DNA from: Thermoplasmatales archaeon
GTDB taxonomy: Archaea; Thermoplasmatota; Thermoplasmata; Thermoplasmatales; Thermoplasmataceae
Assembly (NCBI GenBank): GCA_026127925.1
Contig: JAJSLM010000006.1
Coordinates: 22,302-86,301 of the forward strand
DNA: 64,000 bases
Direction of reading: 5' to 3'
In this document: positions 1 through 11,144 of the stretch, piece after piece
How positions within the stretch are numbered: position 1 is the stretch's first letter
Layout: each line of letters starts with the position of its first letter
The notes under the pieces: model-generated
Told to the model about the DNA's origin: nothing
Databases searched by the model: none
Seen by the model: only the letters and a program-made list of their open reading frames with translations
Position numbers and translations under genes: made by a program

Positions 1-461
1 TAGGTCCAGAAGGTATAGAGAAGAGCACTAATGAAATACTTAGACTGGTGAACACCCCTGACTCGTTTGATGTGTCCGTGAAATTTGTGGAAAACAAGGA
101 CTATGATGGGATTCTATTAGCGAGAGCAAATCACATAATCCCTGATAATTCTTACAGAGTCGAATCAGGAGGCAAGTCATTAGTTTACACCGGAGATACA
201 ACATATTCCACTTCTGTCGCGGAACTAGCAGAACGATCAGATTACCTCCTGCATGAATGCACTTATCCGGATCACATGGCCGATGTGGCTGCACGGTGGA
301 AGCATTCTACGGTTTCGGACGCAATACGTGTTCGTGCCGAATCGAGAAGTAGGACCCTTATTCCTATCCACCTTACACAAGAATCTCTAGAACAGCTTAC
401 TTCAATGAGAGAGCGCGAAATGATCAGGATTCCATTTGAAGGTAGTACACTAGATTTTTGA
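1..461 (+). CDS. MBL-fold metallo-hydrolase (RNase Z-like), 3' part; the reading frame is open to the window start
   Basis: Frame is open from nt 3. C-terminal region has HST and HxH-type MBL motifs (WKHSTVSDA...IPIHLTQE), as in RNase Z/ElaC C-termini. Confidence 0.5.
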   Translation, partial: GPEGIEKSTNEILRLVNTPDSFDVSVKFVENKDYDGILLARANHIIPDNSYRVESGGKSLVYTGDTTYSTSVAELAERSDYLLHECTYPDHMADVAARWKHSTVSDAIRVRAESRSRTLIPIHLTQESLEQLTSMREREMIRIPFEGSTLDF

Positions 462-483
462 CCTGAAACCACATTACTGATCC

Positions 484-1452
484 ATGAAGAAAGTTGCCAT
501 TACTCTTGGTGATCCTGCCGGGATAGGTACAGAAATAACCCTGAAAGCTTTGAAAAAATTAGATAGGGATGGCATTCAATTTTTCCTTATCGGCGACATT
601 TCGAATCTTGGGAAAACATGGAGTAGTATCCGCGTTGATCTAAATGACAATGTTGAACTTATCGATGCTGGAAGCAGCGACGCACTGCTGAAAGGTCCAT
701 CAGAATCAGGCGGGTTGGTGTCGATACATGCCATTGAACTCGCTACGAATATGGCACTGAAGGGCGAGATTGACGCAGTAGTAACTGCGCCTATAAGCAA
801 GGAATCTCTTCGATTGGCAGGCTCAAAGGACATCGACCACACACAATTATTTTCTAGGCTATCTGGCGAAAGGCATGTTTCAACGGTATTTGAGACGAAA
901 AATTTGAGAATTTTGTTTCTCACGAAACATGCTCCACTCCTGCAAGCGTTGAGGACCATAACCGTCGAAACAGTAATCAATGGCATAGAAAGTTCCTACA
1001 TCGCGCTCAGATTGCTTGGTATAGAAGGCAAAAGGATTGGGGTTGCTGCCATCAATCCGCATGCCGGAGAAAATGGATTGCTTGGAAGCGAGGAACTTAC
1101 GATAATAAGACCTGCGGTGGATGCTTTAAAAGAGAAGTATGAAGTCTCAGGACCATTTCCCGCGGACAGCGTGTTTTACCAGGCCGCAGAGGGAAAATTT
1201 GACATAGTGTTGTCGATGTACCATGACCAGGGCCATATCGCTGCTAAGATGCTTGATTTTCATGAGACGGTCAGCTTGAATACAGGCCTACCATTCCTGA
1301 GAACCTCGGTGGACCATGGAACGGCGTTCGATATAGCCGGCCATGGTATCGCAAATGAAAGCAGCATGATCAGCGCAATATACAAAGCCACAAAATATTG
1401 TACATTATACAGGCAGAATTTTATGGAACTGAAACACATCGGTATATTATAG
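484..1452 (+). CDS. PdxA-family NAD-dependent 4-hydroxythreonine-4-phosphate dehydrogenase-like protein
   Basis: N-terminal ITLGDPAGIGTEI signature and HDQGHIAAK motif typical of the PdxA/PdxA2 family. Confidence 0.7.
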   Translation: MKKVAITLGDPAGIGTEITLKALKKLDRDGIQFFLIGDISNLGKTWSSIRVDLNDNVELIDAGSSDALLKGPSESGGLVSIHAIELATNMALKGEIDAVVTAPISKESLRLAGSKDIDHTQLFSRLSGERHVSTVFETKNLRILFLTKHAPLLQALRTITVETVINGIESSYIALRLLGIEGKRIGVAAINPHAGENGLLGSEELTIIRPAVDALKEKYEVSGPFPADSVFYQAAEGKFDIVLSMYHDQGHIAAKMLDFHETVSLNTGLPFLRTSVDHGTAFDIAGHGIANESSMISAIYKATKYCTLYRQNFMELKHIGIL

Positions 1453-1472
1453 TCGTAGTTTCATTAAGGAAT

Positions 1473-2150
1473 CTAAACTATGGTGTCATGCTCCGAAGGG
1501 ATCCTTATGAAATTTACAAGATTGAATGGATTCTTTAGTAGATTATCGACTAAGGATGGTGTTCTCGGTGTTCTCATTTTCCACCCAGCTTCTTTTTTCA
1601 TGGCAATCATCTCTTGAAGGATGTAGCCATGTATTCTTGATAGCCCGTATCTTGACGAAGATGAAACCATGACCAGGAAATTGAAACGAACTCTCTTTAA
1701 TAACAATGTCCTCGCCGATCTGATTATGACCGTGTAGAGAAGCGGTGTTTCTTCGTCCATCTCTGAGAATTCAAGGAGATTTCTTGCAAATCTTGGGTAG
1801 TATTCTTCACGGTCTTTTCTGAAGTTTCTTAAGTTTGCAAGCACAAAACGATTTGAGAAATTGTTAAAATCAACATCTGCGTCTTCTGTTATTGCATCAT
1901 AGAGCCTGTAGAAGAAGAACCTCATCCTGTTTAGATCTTCAAGAGATGTGCTTGTTATGAAAAATCTCGTGGTGTTTCCATTGCACAGTGCATGAAACCT
2001 GTTTTCCTCGTTTACCTTCGGAATCAGGAGTTCGGCTTTTTCCTTGTATAACATTAGGTCAGTTTTCACTCTGTCCTTGGTGAATACGAGTTCGTTTGTT
2101 CTCTCCATCTTAGTTATAGAATTGTGAAATATTTTATAATACTTGTTCAA
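1473..2150 (-). CDS. hypothetical protein
   Basis: Long ORF with no motif I recognise. Confidence 0.35.
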   Translation of the reverse strand: MNKYYKIFHNSITKMERTNELVFTKDRVKTDLMLYKEKAELLIPKVNEENRFHALCNGNTTRFFITSTSLEDLNRMRFFFYRLYDAITEDADVDFNNFSNRFVLANLRNFRKDREEYYPRFARNLLEFSEMDEETPLLYTVIIRSARTLLLKRVRFNFLVMVSSSSRYGLSRIHGYILQEMIAMKKEAGWKMRTPRTPSLVDNLLKNPFNLVNFIRIPSEHDTIV

Positions 2151-2159
2151 TGACCCGCA

Positions 2160-4007
2160 ATGGATAATGAAGAATTTTTTGACAATTATTTTTCCTACAG
2201 AAACCTAGATACTGTGGATCTTAGGCTTAGCAGGGATATTGTGAGTTATGTGTCGTCGGCAACATTTAAAACAAAGAAAATGCAGACAGAGAGCTCAGTT
2301 ATCATACGGCAGATCAGCACCCATGGAATTGTAAAGAAATTCAGTGATCCGGGTGCCAGTTATTCCGACGCAAAACTCAACCCTTCAGGAACAAAAATAG
2401 CTATCGTGCAGAAGAAAGGAAAATCGGATTACCTGGTGATTCACCACCTGGAAACTCACAGGGAAGAAAAACTTGCGGTTGAAACTAGCATCCATTCAAT
2501 TGAATGGAAAGACGATGAATCATTGATACTTTTGATGTCAGATCCTATGGCAAAAGATAAGCTGGAAAGAAGAGCACTGGGAGACGATCCAATTTTTTTC
2601 GATAAAGAGGATCCATTCTGGTCACTGTATTTATACAATCCTTCCGACGGTATAGGAAAGATTACCTCCGATTTGCAGATTTGGGAATTCAATGTTTTAA
2701 GAAATACTATAGTGGCTGTCGGTTCGGACAATCCCACCGAAAGCTCATGGTACGAAGCAAAGCTCTATACCCTTAATATTTCTGACGGCGAGCGAACTCT
2801 TCTTTACGATCCAGGAAGGCGGCAGATAGCAAGGCCACGAATTTCCCCAGACGGGAAGAACATAGCTTTCCTCGAATCATTATGGAGCGATCGCGGTGTT
2901 AATTCTGGTGACATAATTGTAACCAATCTATCATCTAATAGTAGCTCCAATGTAACGAAAGGAATGGAAAAAAGCTACTCAGATCTCTCTTGGGGTAAAG
3001 ATGGCAGAATTTACGCGCTCTGGACAATGGAGTTGAATTTCGGAGTATCTGTGTTTGATGGAAGGTGGACCGACATATGGAAGGCACCTGGCACGGTGTA
3101 TCCCTTGGGATCTCCAGAGTTCTCTCTTTCCGAAGATCATTTGGCATTTGTTTTCTCCGATGATTTGCTACCTCAGGAAGTAATTCTTCTCTCACTGAGC
3201 GGATCTACCGATACAATAAGCTCCGATAATATGGGCATGAAAGAAAATCTAAAAAAATATCCATACGAAATTCTCAAATGGAAAGCAGATGATGGATTAG
3301 AGATATACGGACTCCTGAGGAGCCTGGGGCCAGATAAACCACTCGTAGTTGATGTTCATGGCGGGCCAACATCATTTTCCGGATTGGTATTCCTTAGCAG
3401 AAATAACTTGTATCTTGATAATGGCTTCTCCGTCTTTTCCCCGAACTACAGAGGGAGTATCGGGAAAGGGAGGAAGTATGCCGAATCGAACATCGGGGAT
3501 CTTGGTGGGAAAGACTTTCAGGACATACTGTCGGGGATTCAATTCCTCAGAACAACAGGTCGGCTGAAATCTAATAACATTTTCATAACTGGCGGATCAT
3601 ATGGAGGATTCATGAGCGCATGGGCCATCACGCAGACGGACATTTTCAAGGCAAGTGTTTCACTCTTCGGCATAAGCGACTGGTTGAGTTTCCACGGGAC
3701 TTCAAATCTTTCGACGTGGGATCGACTTCACATGGATGACGATCCTTACTCCCACAAACTTTATGAGAAATTCTCTCCAATAAATTATGTTGACAAAGTC
3801 AGGGCACCGATACTTCTGATGCACGGAGAGATGGATAAATATGTCCCGGTAGGACAGTACATACAGTTCTATAGGGCTCTAAAGGATCAGGGAAAAGATG
3901 CTGAGTTAATAATATTCCCGAGAGAAGGCCATGGCTTCAAGGAGAAGCTGCATCAGGAAACCTATCTTAAGAAAGCTGTTGAGTGGTTTGTGAAACATTC
4001 ATCATGA
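2160..4007 (+). CDS. S9 family serine peptidase (prolyl oligopeptidase/acylaminoacyl-peptidase type), beta-propeller plus alpha/beta-hydrolase
   Basis: GGSYGGF nucleophile elbow, downstream HGEMDKYVP and GHGF catalytic Asp/His context, long N-terminal propeller-like region. Confidence 0.8.
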   Translation: MDNEEFFDNYFSYRNLDTVDLRLSRDIVSYVSSATFKTKKMQTESSVIIRQISTHGIVKKFSDPGASYSDAKLNPSGTKIAIVQKKGKSDYLVIHHLETHREEKLAVETSIHSIEWKDDESLILLMSDPMAKDKLERRALGDDPIFFDKEDPFWSLYLYNPSDGIGKITSDLQIWEFNVLRNTIVAVGSDNPTESSWYEAKLYTLNISDGERTLLYDPGRRQIARPRISPDGKNIAFLESLWSDRGVNSGDIIVTNLSSNSSSNVTKGMEKSYSDLSWGKDGRIYALWTMELNFGVSVFDGRWTDIWKAPGTVYPLGSPEFSLSEDHLAFVFSDDLLPQEVILLSLSGSTDTISSDNMGMKENLKKYPYEILKWKADDGLEIYGLLRSLGPDKPLVVDVHGGPTSFSGLVFLSRNNLYLDNGFSVFSPNYRGSIGKGRKYAESNIGDLGGKDFQDILSGIQFLRTTGRLKSNNIFITGGSYGGFMSAWAITQTDIFKASVSLFGISDWLSFHGTSNLSTWDRLHMDDDPYSHKLYEKFSPINYVDKVRAPILLMHGEMDKYVPVGQYIQFYRALKDQGKDAELIIFPREGHGFKEKLHQETYLKKAVEWFVKHSS

Positions 4008-4982
4008 TTTTTTGGAAATTCCTCTCTGCTCCAGTATTTCTGCAGTTGCCTTGGTAACAGCCTCATCACTTGTGAATTTGTTCTTCCATCCCATACCTTC
4101 AAGTTTTTTAATGTCGAGCTGTGCAACTTTGACGTCCCCCTTCCATCCTCTTCCGTCCACGCCGCCGGTGAACACATATTTTACATTGTGAAGCCCCATC
4201 TGGGAAGTTACTGTGTCAGCTATTGTCCTAACTGAGGTTACGCCACTGTTTCCCAGATTTACAACGTCTGTCTTCTTGATCTTGCTGTGTACATAGATCA
4301 TTGAACCCACGCAGTCATCTACGTGCATATACGATTTTCTTTGCGTGCCATCTCCAAGGATTTCCAGCTCCTTCTTGTTGGCCATCAGCTTGTTGATAAA
4401 ATCATGGATAACGCCGTGAGTTGAATTTCTCCCGACTATGTTCGCAAAACGGAAAATGCTTCCTCTTATTCCATAATAATGCGAGTATGCAAATATGAAG
4501 CCCTCACCAGACATCTTGGAGGCGCCATAACTTGATATCGGCATATATGGGCCGTAATCTTCCGGTGTAGGCAGCACGTCTGTTTCACCATAAACTGTTG
4601 AGCTTGATGAAAACATGATCTCAGGAATTTCCTTTCTCCTCATGAATTCCAATACGTTGAAAGTGCCTTGAGTGTTGCTTTTGAAATCTATTGACGGATC
4701 TATTGAACCATTTCGGACATCAGAATTTGCTGCCAGGTGTATAACGAGATCAAAATTTATGGCGTCCTGAATATCAAATATGGAGTTTATGTCGTCCTTG
4801 ATGAACTTGAAGTTTCTGTTGCCTTCAAACTCTTCAATGTACCTTCTATCAACTCCCGAAAGATCATCCAGAACGGTGACCTCATTGTTCGGAAGCAGTC
4901 TTCTTACCATATTGGACCCAATAAAGCCAGCCCCACCAGTTATCAGTATCTTCTTGTTTTCCACGGAAAAGTTAGAAACCAT
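4002..4982 (-). CDS. NAD-dependent epimerase/dehydratase (UDP-sugar 4-epimerase family, extended SDR)
   Basis: ILITGGAGFIGSN Rossmann motif, YGASK catalytic YxxxK. Confidence 0.8.
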   Translation of the reverse strand: MVSNFSVENKKILITGGAGFIGSNMVRRLLPNNEVTVLDDLSGVDRRYIEEFEGNRNFKFIKDDINSIFDIQDAINFDLVIHLAANSDVRNGSIDPSIDFKSNTQGTFNVLEFMRRKEIPEIMFSSSSTVYGETDVLPTPEDYGPYMPISSYGASKMSGEGFIFAYSHYYGIRGSIFRFANIVGRNSTHGVIHDFINKLMANKKELEILGDGTQRKSYMHVDDCVGSMIYVHSKIKKTDVVNLGNSGVTSVRTIADTVTSQMGLHNVKYVFTGGVDGRGWKGDVKVAQLDIKKLEGMGWKNKFTSDEAVTKATAEILEQRGISKKS

Positions 4983-5096
4983 AATGGAAGATTATCACCC
5001 TAATGTAAATAAGTTTCTCCTAGCACTTCGGGTACTTTTCTTTTCCGGCTAGATTCGGCTGCTACGAAATATTTTTGTAAAAAATCAAGTTACACA

Positions 5097-6389
5097 TTGA
5101 ATTTAAATTCTAAAGGCCTTTTGATGAACAACAAAACAATCATAGCGCTGAGATCGTTCATTGTTGCAGTTGGAGCAACTGCAGCTTCAGCGTTTGTCGG
5201 GGTTTATGGTGCATTCCTTGGAGCTTCCCCTGCAGAAATGGGCTGGCTTCAGTCCGCTGCAAACTCTGTTGGAAACGGAGCTCAGCTGTTCTGGGGGAGA
5301 ATGAGCGATAGATTCGGTGTGAGAAAATTCTTTCTGGTGGTCGGCGGAGCGATACTTGCCCTTCTGTGGTTTCTAATGGGAGTTGTAAAAACACCAGTTG
5401 AGCTGATTATCGCATATGGCGGAATATCCTTTTTCGGTTCCATGATCACAGTAAATTGGTTCTCGTTGATTGCCGAGCAGGCTGAATCATCCTCCAGAGG
5501 AAAATTTCTATCTATAGTGAACAATCTCGCATCAGTTGGAACAATCATTTCCCTACTCTTAATGTCCATTTTCTTCACTGGCAAGGTTACAAGTGAAATC
5601 AGGATACCTTTCTTTGTCGCTGCAGTATCATACCTGATCTCTATCATAGTTGTTGCACTTATAAGGGAGAAAAAGCACTCTTCGGTCTCGAAAAAAAGCC
5701 TACTAGAAACCATGAAAACCTTGAAGGGGGAGAAACTGTTCTACAGATATTTCCTGGCCATGAACATCCAGGGCTATTTCTGGTCCATGGCCTGGCCCCT
5801 TTTCCCATTAACGATCGTGGATCTGATGCACTTTAACCTTTCTGAGATTGCTTACCTTACTGTTGCTGCATCTGCGACAACTGTGTTTTTCCAATTCATG
5901 GTTGGAAGGATAACGGACAAAATCAATCGACCTCCACTTATATTCCTCAACCGAGTAATGCTCAGTCTGATTCCAATATTCTATGCATTCTTTCACAACT
6001 TCCAGGAGTTCATAATACTTGAACTCTACAGTGGAGGACTTAGTGCCCTTCAAAACGTAGTCATGAATTCCTACTTGCTTGATATAATTCCCGTTGACAG
6101 GAGGGGCGAATTCATATCCATCCTAAACGGATTCAACGGCTTAGTTTACCTGTTTGGTGCTCTAACGGGGGGTTATCTGCTCCAGGCGTTCATATCTTTC
6201 ATGCCTCTGGGTATATCGCTAACGATTGCTTATTTGATTATATTTTCGGGTAGATTCCTTTCCTCTTTCCTCTTCTACAGACTCAAAGAACCACAGGATA
6301 GAGGGAAGGGACCACTCTCGCTATTTCAATTGATTCTACGGCAAAAACCGGCTGGGAGTCCGTCAGGTGGAACAATTAAAGTACGATGA
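5097..6389 (+). CDS. MFS transporter
   Basis: About 12 hydrophobic segments, G-rich MFS loop (WGRMSDRFGVRK). Confidence 0.7.
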   Translation: MNLNSKGLLMNNKTIIALRSFIVAVGATAASAFVGVYGAFLGASPAEMGWLQSAANSVGNGAQLFWGRMSDRFGVRKFFLVVGGAILALLWFLMGVVKTPVELIIAYGGISFFGSMITVNWFSLIAEQAESSSRGKFLSIVNNLASVGTIISLLLMSIFFTGKVTSEIRIPFFVAAVSYLISIIVVALIREKKHSSVSKKSLLETMKTLKGEKLFYRYFLAMNIQGYFWSMAWPLFPLTIVDLMHFNLSEIAYLTVAASATTVFFQFMVGRITDKINRPPLIFLNRVMLSLIPIFYAFFHNFQEFIILELYSGGLSALQNVVMNSYLLDIIPVDRRGEFISILNGFNGLVYLFGALTGGYLLQAFISFMPLGISLTIAYLIIFSGRFLSSFLFYRLKEPQDRGKGPLSLFQLILRQKPAGSPSGGTIKVR

Positions 6390-6443
6390 ATTAACAACCA
6401 TTAAAGGGCCATATTGACAAATACGGCATCAATTGCTTTATTC

Positions 6444-6866
6444 TCACAGCTTTTTCTGATTCAGGAAGTTCTCGACCTTTTCAAGCAAATCTTTCTGCGT
6501 TAGATATCGGAGTTCCTTCATTGCGGTTTTGTAATCAAGCCACTTGAATCCGATATGTTCGCTGGAAATTCTGGGCTTAGACCCGTTATTCGCTTCTCCA
6601 ACGAATACTATGACTTTTTTATTTACTGTGACGCCGTTTGACTTGAAATGGTAGTTTATCATTTCTCTGAAGCCAGGCATAGGTTCTATTTCTAGACCAG
6701 ATTCTTCCCTGGTTTCTCTTTTTGCAGCGGTTATTTCGCTTTCGCCTTTTTCAATATGCCCTTTGGGAAAGTCCAAATAATCTTCGCCTTTTTTAAGGAA
6801 AAGATACTCCCTTTTATCATTAACCTCGCGAAAGACAAGTATTCCACTGCTTACTTCGTTCCTCAT
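6444..6866 (-). CDS. NUDIX hydrolase
   Basis: Canonical Nudix box GHIEKGESEITAAKRETREESGL. Confidence 0.85.
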   Translation of the reverse strand: MRNEVSSGILVFREVNDKREYLFLKKGEDYLDFPKGHIEKGESEITAAKRETREESGLEIEPMPGFREMINYHFKSNGVTVNKKVIVFVGEANNGSKPRISSEHIGFKWLDYKTAMKELRYLTQKDLLEKVENFLNQKKL

Positions 6867-6980
6867 ATGATAATTAATGACTTAACTTGTAATAAACAAT
6901 TGCTAGGTTATATTCGATTCTTGAAAATATTGTTGTGGCATTATATATATCGCAATAATTTTATTCCTACATTTTCTGAC

Positions 6981-8306
6981 TCAGGCTGATACCTCCTCCA
7001 GCGTCATCCGTGTAGCTTTTGCCCCACCAACTATTACGAGTATACCTGCAATAAGTCCAGTGACCGCTATGAATTCAAAACCAATAGAAAACGAATATGT
7101 TGCCACAAGAAATGGGAGAAATAATGCACCGAAAGCTCCGCCAAGGTGCCCAATCCCGTCAGTTAAAGCAAATCCAGAACTCCTTGCTCTCGTTGGATAA
7201 TTCTCAGCAGTGTACGTGTAAGCAACCTGCAGGTACATGCCTAAAGCCAGTGATGCCATGAACGATCCAACGAACACAGCATCAGTAGTTTTTAGTGAGA
7301 AGATTATCAATCCCACAAACCATACAACAGTATCAACGAATATTATGTATTTCCTCTCAAACTTATCAGCTACGGCAATCATAATGGCTGCACCAACGGG
7401 ATATCCGACAGCTCCGACCGCGAGAAACAGGATAGATGAAGCGATAGTGAATCCCGCACTGGATAGCATGGTAGCAGCATCGCCTAGAAACGCATAATTA
7501 CCGATGTACCAGAAGAACCAAACAAAGACTAATAGTGCAAGTCGGCTTGAATATGGTTTCTTAAACAGATATAGGGTTGGGTACTTTTGTTTTTCGATTA
7601 CAACATCGCTCAAGACAGGTTCAGGCAACTTTTTGACCTTTTTCAATGCAGTCCTTTCCATCAATTCAAGAACTTTTCTTGCCTTTGGGATATCTTTCTT
7701 CTTTGTTGCCAGCCACCTTGGTGATTCCGGAAGTTCGAACCTCAGAATAAGAGCCACAAAGGCGATTATGGCACCTATACCGAAAAGCCATCTCCATCCA
7801 GTATAGAACACAGGAACGAGTGAAAGTCCCACAAATGGCGTTATAGATTGACCGAGAATCCCAACAAGGAATGCCCAAACAGTTATTTTTCCCCTTATTG
7901 CTGGGGGTGCAAACTCGCTTATGTAAGTTGAAACTAAGTTAAGATCTGCTCCAAGGCCAAGCCCAGTTATGAATCTAAAGATAGTCAGTTCTGGCACGTT
8001 GACAGAAATAGCATCCCCGAATGAACCCAGCGCTGTCAGGCCCATGGTCAGAATCATGGAGCGATACCTTCCAAAAAGATCAGCTGTGCTTCCTATTATG
8101 TAGGAACCGATTCCGTACCCGATCAGGCCCACAGAGAGCGCTATGAAAAGACTCATGGACGTGCCTATGTGGAACTGGGCAGAAATGGCAGGCATTGCTA
8201 GTCCTATATCTGATATGTCATAGAATGTGAAAAAAATACCCCAATCCCAATATTGCAAGGAAAGAAGCAGGGAGCGACCAAACTGGGATTCTGTTGACTC
8301 TGGCAA
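6981..8306 (-). CDS. MFS transporter (sugar-porter-like, PESPRWL motif)
   Basis: LPESPRWL and GRYRS MFS motifs, 12 TM pattern. Confidence 0.75.
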   Translation of the reverse strand: MPESTESQFGRSLLLSLQYWDWGIFFTFYDISDIGLAMPAISAQFHIGTSMSLFIALSVGLIGYGIGSYIIGSTADLFGRYRSMILTMGLTALGSFGDAISVNVPELTIFRFITGLGLGADLNLVSTYISEFAPPAIRGKITVWAFLVGILGQSITPFVGLSLVPVFYTGWRWLFGIGAIIAFVALILRFELPESPRWLATKKKDIPKARKVLELMERTALKKVKKLPEPVLSDVVIEKQKYPTLYLFKKPYSSRLALLVFVWFFWYIGNYAFLGDAATMLSSAGFTIASSILFLAVGAVGYPVGAAIMIAVADKFERKYIIFVDTVVWFVGLIIFSLKTTDAVFVGSFMASLALGMYLQVAYTYTAENYPTRARSSGFALTDGIGHLGGAFGALFLPFLVATYSFSIGFEFIAVTGLIAGILVIVGGAKATRMTLEEVSA

Positions 8307-8541
8307 TTATATCCTTAATTTCGTCATCTTCACTTTGCATGCTGAAAGGGACGCGAGATTTCTATATGAATATATTGACTGATATATTAGCCTACTATAG
8401 TTTAAAGAATAAAACTAACATCTTTTTTTACGCAGGCTTATCGCATACTATCTGAAGAAAAGCCATGGGACTTTAGATAAATTGAATTGATTCGTTTAGG
8501 ATATTACTAATGGAAATTAATTATTAAAAAAAAGTTAAATA

Positions 8542-9804
8542 GTGATACGTCTTAACGTGCTAGAAAGTATCATGGATGGACAAAAGAGTGATATAACAGT
8601 AATAAAAGAGGCAAGTACTATTGGAGGGTTGTTGAAGGTAGTCATACCTGTCGCTCTTGGAATGTTCCTTGTTGGTTTTGACGCTAACCTTTTCTTCTTT
8701 GGTGGGACGTTTATTGTCAGTGCCATACATCTCAGCCCGAATTCGATTTACATTGGAATTGCTGGCTCAGGATTTGCAGCTGGAATAGCGATATTCAGCG
8801 TGATTGGTGGGTACATCTTCGACAAGATTACAACAAGGGATGGCATTCTTATTTCCTTGGCAATAATATCTCTTTTTTCCACACTTACGGGTTTTGTTAC
8901 TAATAAATACGAATTGGTTGCATACAGATTCTTGGTTGGTTTTGGTACAGGAATGATCCAGCCTGAAATAATTGCATTCCTAGGTGACATTCGGCCTAGA
9001 GCAAGGCAGACAGTCATTGCATCTGAAGGGATTGCCTTTGGTCTTGGGCTGTTCGTGTCGCCTTATATCTATTCCCGGTTTTCAACAGTCTCCACGTTTG
9101 ATATACCATTTATAATCGCTGGTGTGGCAGGAGTGGCCCTGATAGCTACTGTTGTTGCCCTTGTTCCATCAAAGTACAAATTGTACAAAAAACCGAAAGG
9201 AAACATCCTGGAGATCCTTAACAGTTCACTGATTCTCATATCCATTTCCTTCCTGTTTTTCGGCATCGCCTTCTTTGCTTTCGAGAGCTATTTCACTCCT
9301 TACCTAATCAACTTCGGCTTCACTGAAACTGAAGCTACTTTCATATACTCTTTCTTTGGTCTTGCATACCTGATCCTAGTTCTGCCAGGAGGAATCCTTG
9401 GAGACAGAGTGATGAGGAAACTTGTCCTGATTATTTCGGGGTCAGTCCTTGTGGTGAGCTCTCTTATACTATTCCTAAAGACCCCGATAGTGCTGACGGC
9501 GGCCATAGGCACAATACTCTTCGGTGCGGGGTACGGTATTTATTCCAACACTGCAGCATTTGCACAGGAAACTGTTGAAGACCAATGGAGAGGGTCAGCA
9601 GTTGGATTCATGTTTCTTATATTCAATGTTGGAACAATTATCGGATCAAGCCTGATGGGAGCTATGATAAAAATAGTCGGTTACTATTTAGCTGGAATTT
9701 ACGTACTCATAATTCCACTTGTGCTTTGCCTGTTGTTCATTGTGGCCACTCCAAGGCCCTCCCATAACCTTTCGGAGGTTTCTGGTACGTCTGAAGAAGC
9801 ATAA
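8542..9804 (+). CDS. MFS transporter
   Basis: Polytopic membrane protein with MFS-like D/R-rich loops. Confidence 0.6.
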   Translation: MIRLNVLESIMDGQKSDITVIKEASTIGGLLKVVIPVALGMFLVGFDANLFFFGGTFIVSAIHLSPNSIYIGIAGSGFAAGIAIFSVIGGYIFDKITTRDGILISLAIISLFSTLTGFVTNKYELVAYRFLVGFGTGMIQPEIIAFLGDIRPRARQTVIASEGIAFGLGLFVSPYIYSRFSTVSTFDIPFIIAGVAGVALIATVVALVPSKYKLYKKPKGNILEILNSSLILISISFLFFGIAFFAFESYFTPYLINFGFTETEATFIYSFFGLAYLILVLPGGILGDRVMRKLVLIISGSVLVVSSLILFLKTPIVLTAAIGTILFGAGYGIYSNTAAFAQETVEDQWRGSAVGFMFLIFNVGTIIGSSLMGAMIKIVGYYLAGIYVLIIPLVLCLLFIVATPRPSHNLSEVSGTSEEA

Positions 9805-9917
9805 CAAAAATTCTCTCACGTTTTTTAATTAACTTTCAGAATACAAAATGTTTATCTCTCTCGTATTGAATACTACCTGAATAAAAGTTGAGTGCTTGAT
9901 TCAGGTGATACAGAAAA

Positions 9918-11144
9918 ATGATTCATAATCGCAGGACATCAGCAGAGAAAATATTTTCACGTGTAACCGGCAAAGACGTAACGGCGGGAGACTTTGTTTG
10001 GGCAAGTCCCGATCTGGTCTATCTTCACGATGTCCTTGGGCCAATGACAATTGAGAGTATGAAGCGGATAGACAATGGGAATGTGAGATTTGCTGGGCAG
10101 ATCGTTGTAGTTAATGATCACATTTTCCCACCAAAGGATGTTGCCAGTTCAAACAACGAGAAAAATCTTGTCGAATTTGCAAAAAATAGAGGCTGGACAG
10201 TTATCCCATGGGGTGAAGGGATCGAGCACACCCTCCTGATTGAGAATGGGATTATTCTACCCGGGATGCTTGTTGCGGGAACAGATTCTCATACTGTTAC
10301 TGCTGGCGCGGTTGGCGCAATGGGTATCGGTCTCGGTTCTACAGATATGGCCGCACTCATTTCAATCGGTAAATTGTGGTTCAAAGTTCCAGAAACTATT
10401 CTAGTTAGAGTGCATGGTAAAAGGGGTAAGTTCGTAACCGGAAAAGATGTAGTTTTAAAAATTCTATCTATCCTCGGGACAAACGGGGCAAATTACAAAT
10501 CAATAGAGGTAAGGCTTGATAAGGAATGCGACATGTCCCAGGACGACAACCTCGCCATAGCGAACATGACCGTTGAGGCTGGAGCGAAGACATCCATTAT
10601 CATGAACGAGGCTCTACACAATCTCGGCGCTGATGTTATTTCTGATTACGGATCGGATTACGAAGAACTGGATCTAGGAATGGAAGGAATGGTTCCACTT
10701 ATTGCAGCACCGTATTCACCTGGTAACGTAAAGCCAGTTGTGGACTATGAGGGAACAGATGTCGATCAGGTTTACATTGGAAACTGTTCAAACGGCACAC
10801 TCTCAGACATGAGAGAAACAGCAAAAATTTTAAAGGGGAATCGTGTGAAAAGCGGAGTTAAATTGATTATTGTTCCTGCTACAAGGAACATTTATAAACA
10901 TGCTCTAGAAGAAGGTCTTATAGGAATCTTCGTGGAATCAGGTGCAACGGTCGCTCCTCCAACTTGTGGAGCGTGTGCAGGTTTGCATATGGGCGTCTTG
11001 GCGAAAGATGAAGTATGCATAACGAACATAAACAGGAATTTTAGGGGGAGAATGGGCGATCCCACCAGTAAGGTATATATTGCAAATTCTTATGTTGCTG
11101 CGGCAAGTGCAATTTCAGGCAAGATAACTGTACCGGGTGAGTGA
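9918..11144 (+). CDS. leuC: Aconitase-family dehydratase large subunit (3-isopropylmalate dehydratase/homoaconitase LeuC/HacA type)
   Basis: GTDSHT motif and CGACAG Fe-S ligands; ~410 aa archaeal-type large subunit. Confidence 0.8.
   Translation: MIHNRRTSAEKIFSRVTGKDVTAGDFVWASPDLVYLHDVLGPMTIESMKRIDNGNVRFAGQIVVVNDHIFPPKDVASSNNEKNLVEFAKNRGWTVIPWGEGIEHTLLIENGIILPGMLVAGTDSHTVTAGAVGAMGIGLGSTDMAALISIGKLWFKVPETILVRVHGKRGKFVTGKDVVLKILSILGTNGANYKSIEVRLDKECDMSQDDNLAIANMTVEAGAKTSIIMNEALHNLGADVISDYGSDYEELDLGMEGMVPLIAAPYSPGNVKPVVDYEGTDVDQVYIGNCSNGTLSDMRETAKILKGNRVKSGVKLIIVPATRNIYKHALEEGLIGIFVESGATVAPPTCGACAGLHMGVLAKDEVCITNINRNFRGRMGDPTSKVYIANSYVAAASAISGKITVPGE

Noticed and set aside
8307-8541. AT-rich 235-nt region between divergent MFS transporter genes as a possible ncRNA
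   Set aside because: It looks like an ordinary bidirectional promoter region, A/T-rich with TATA-like stretches and without a stable-looking inverted repeat.
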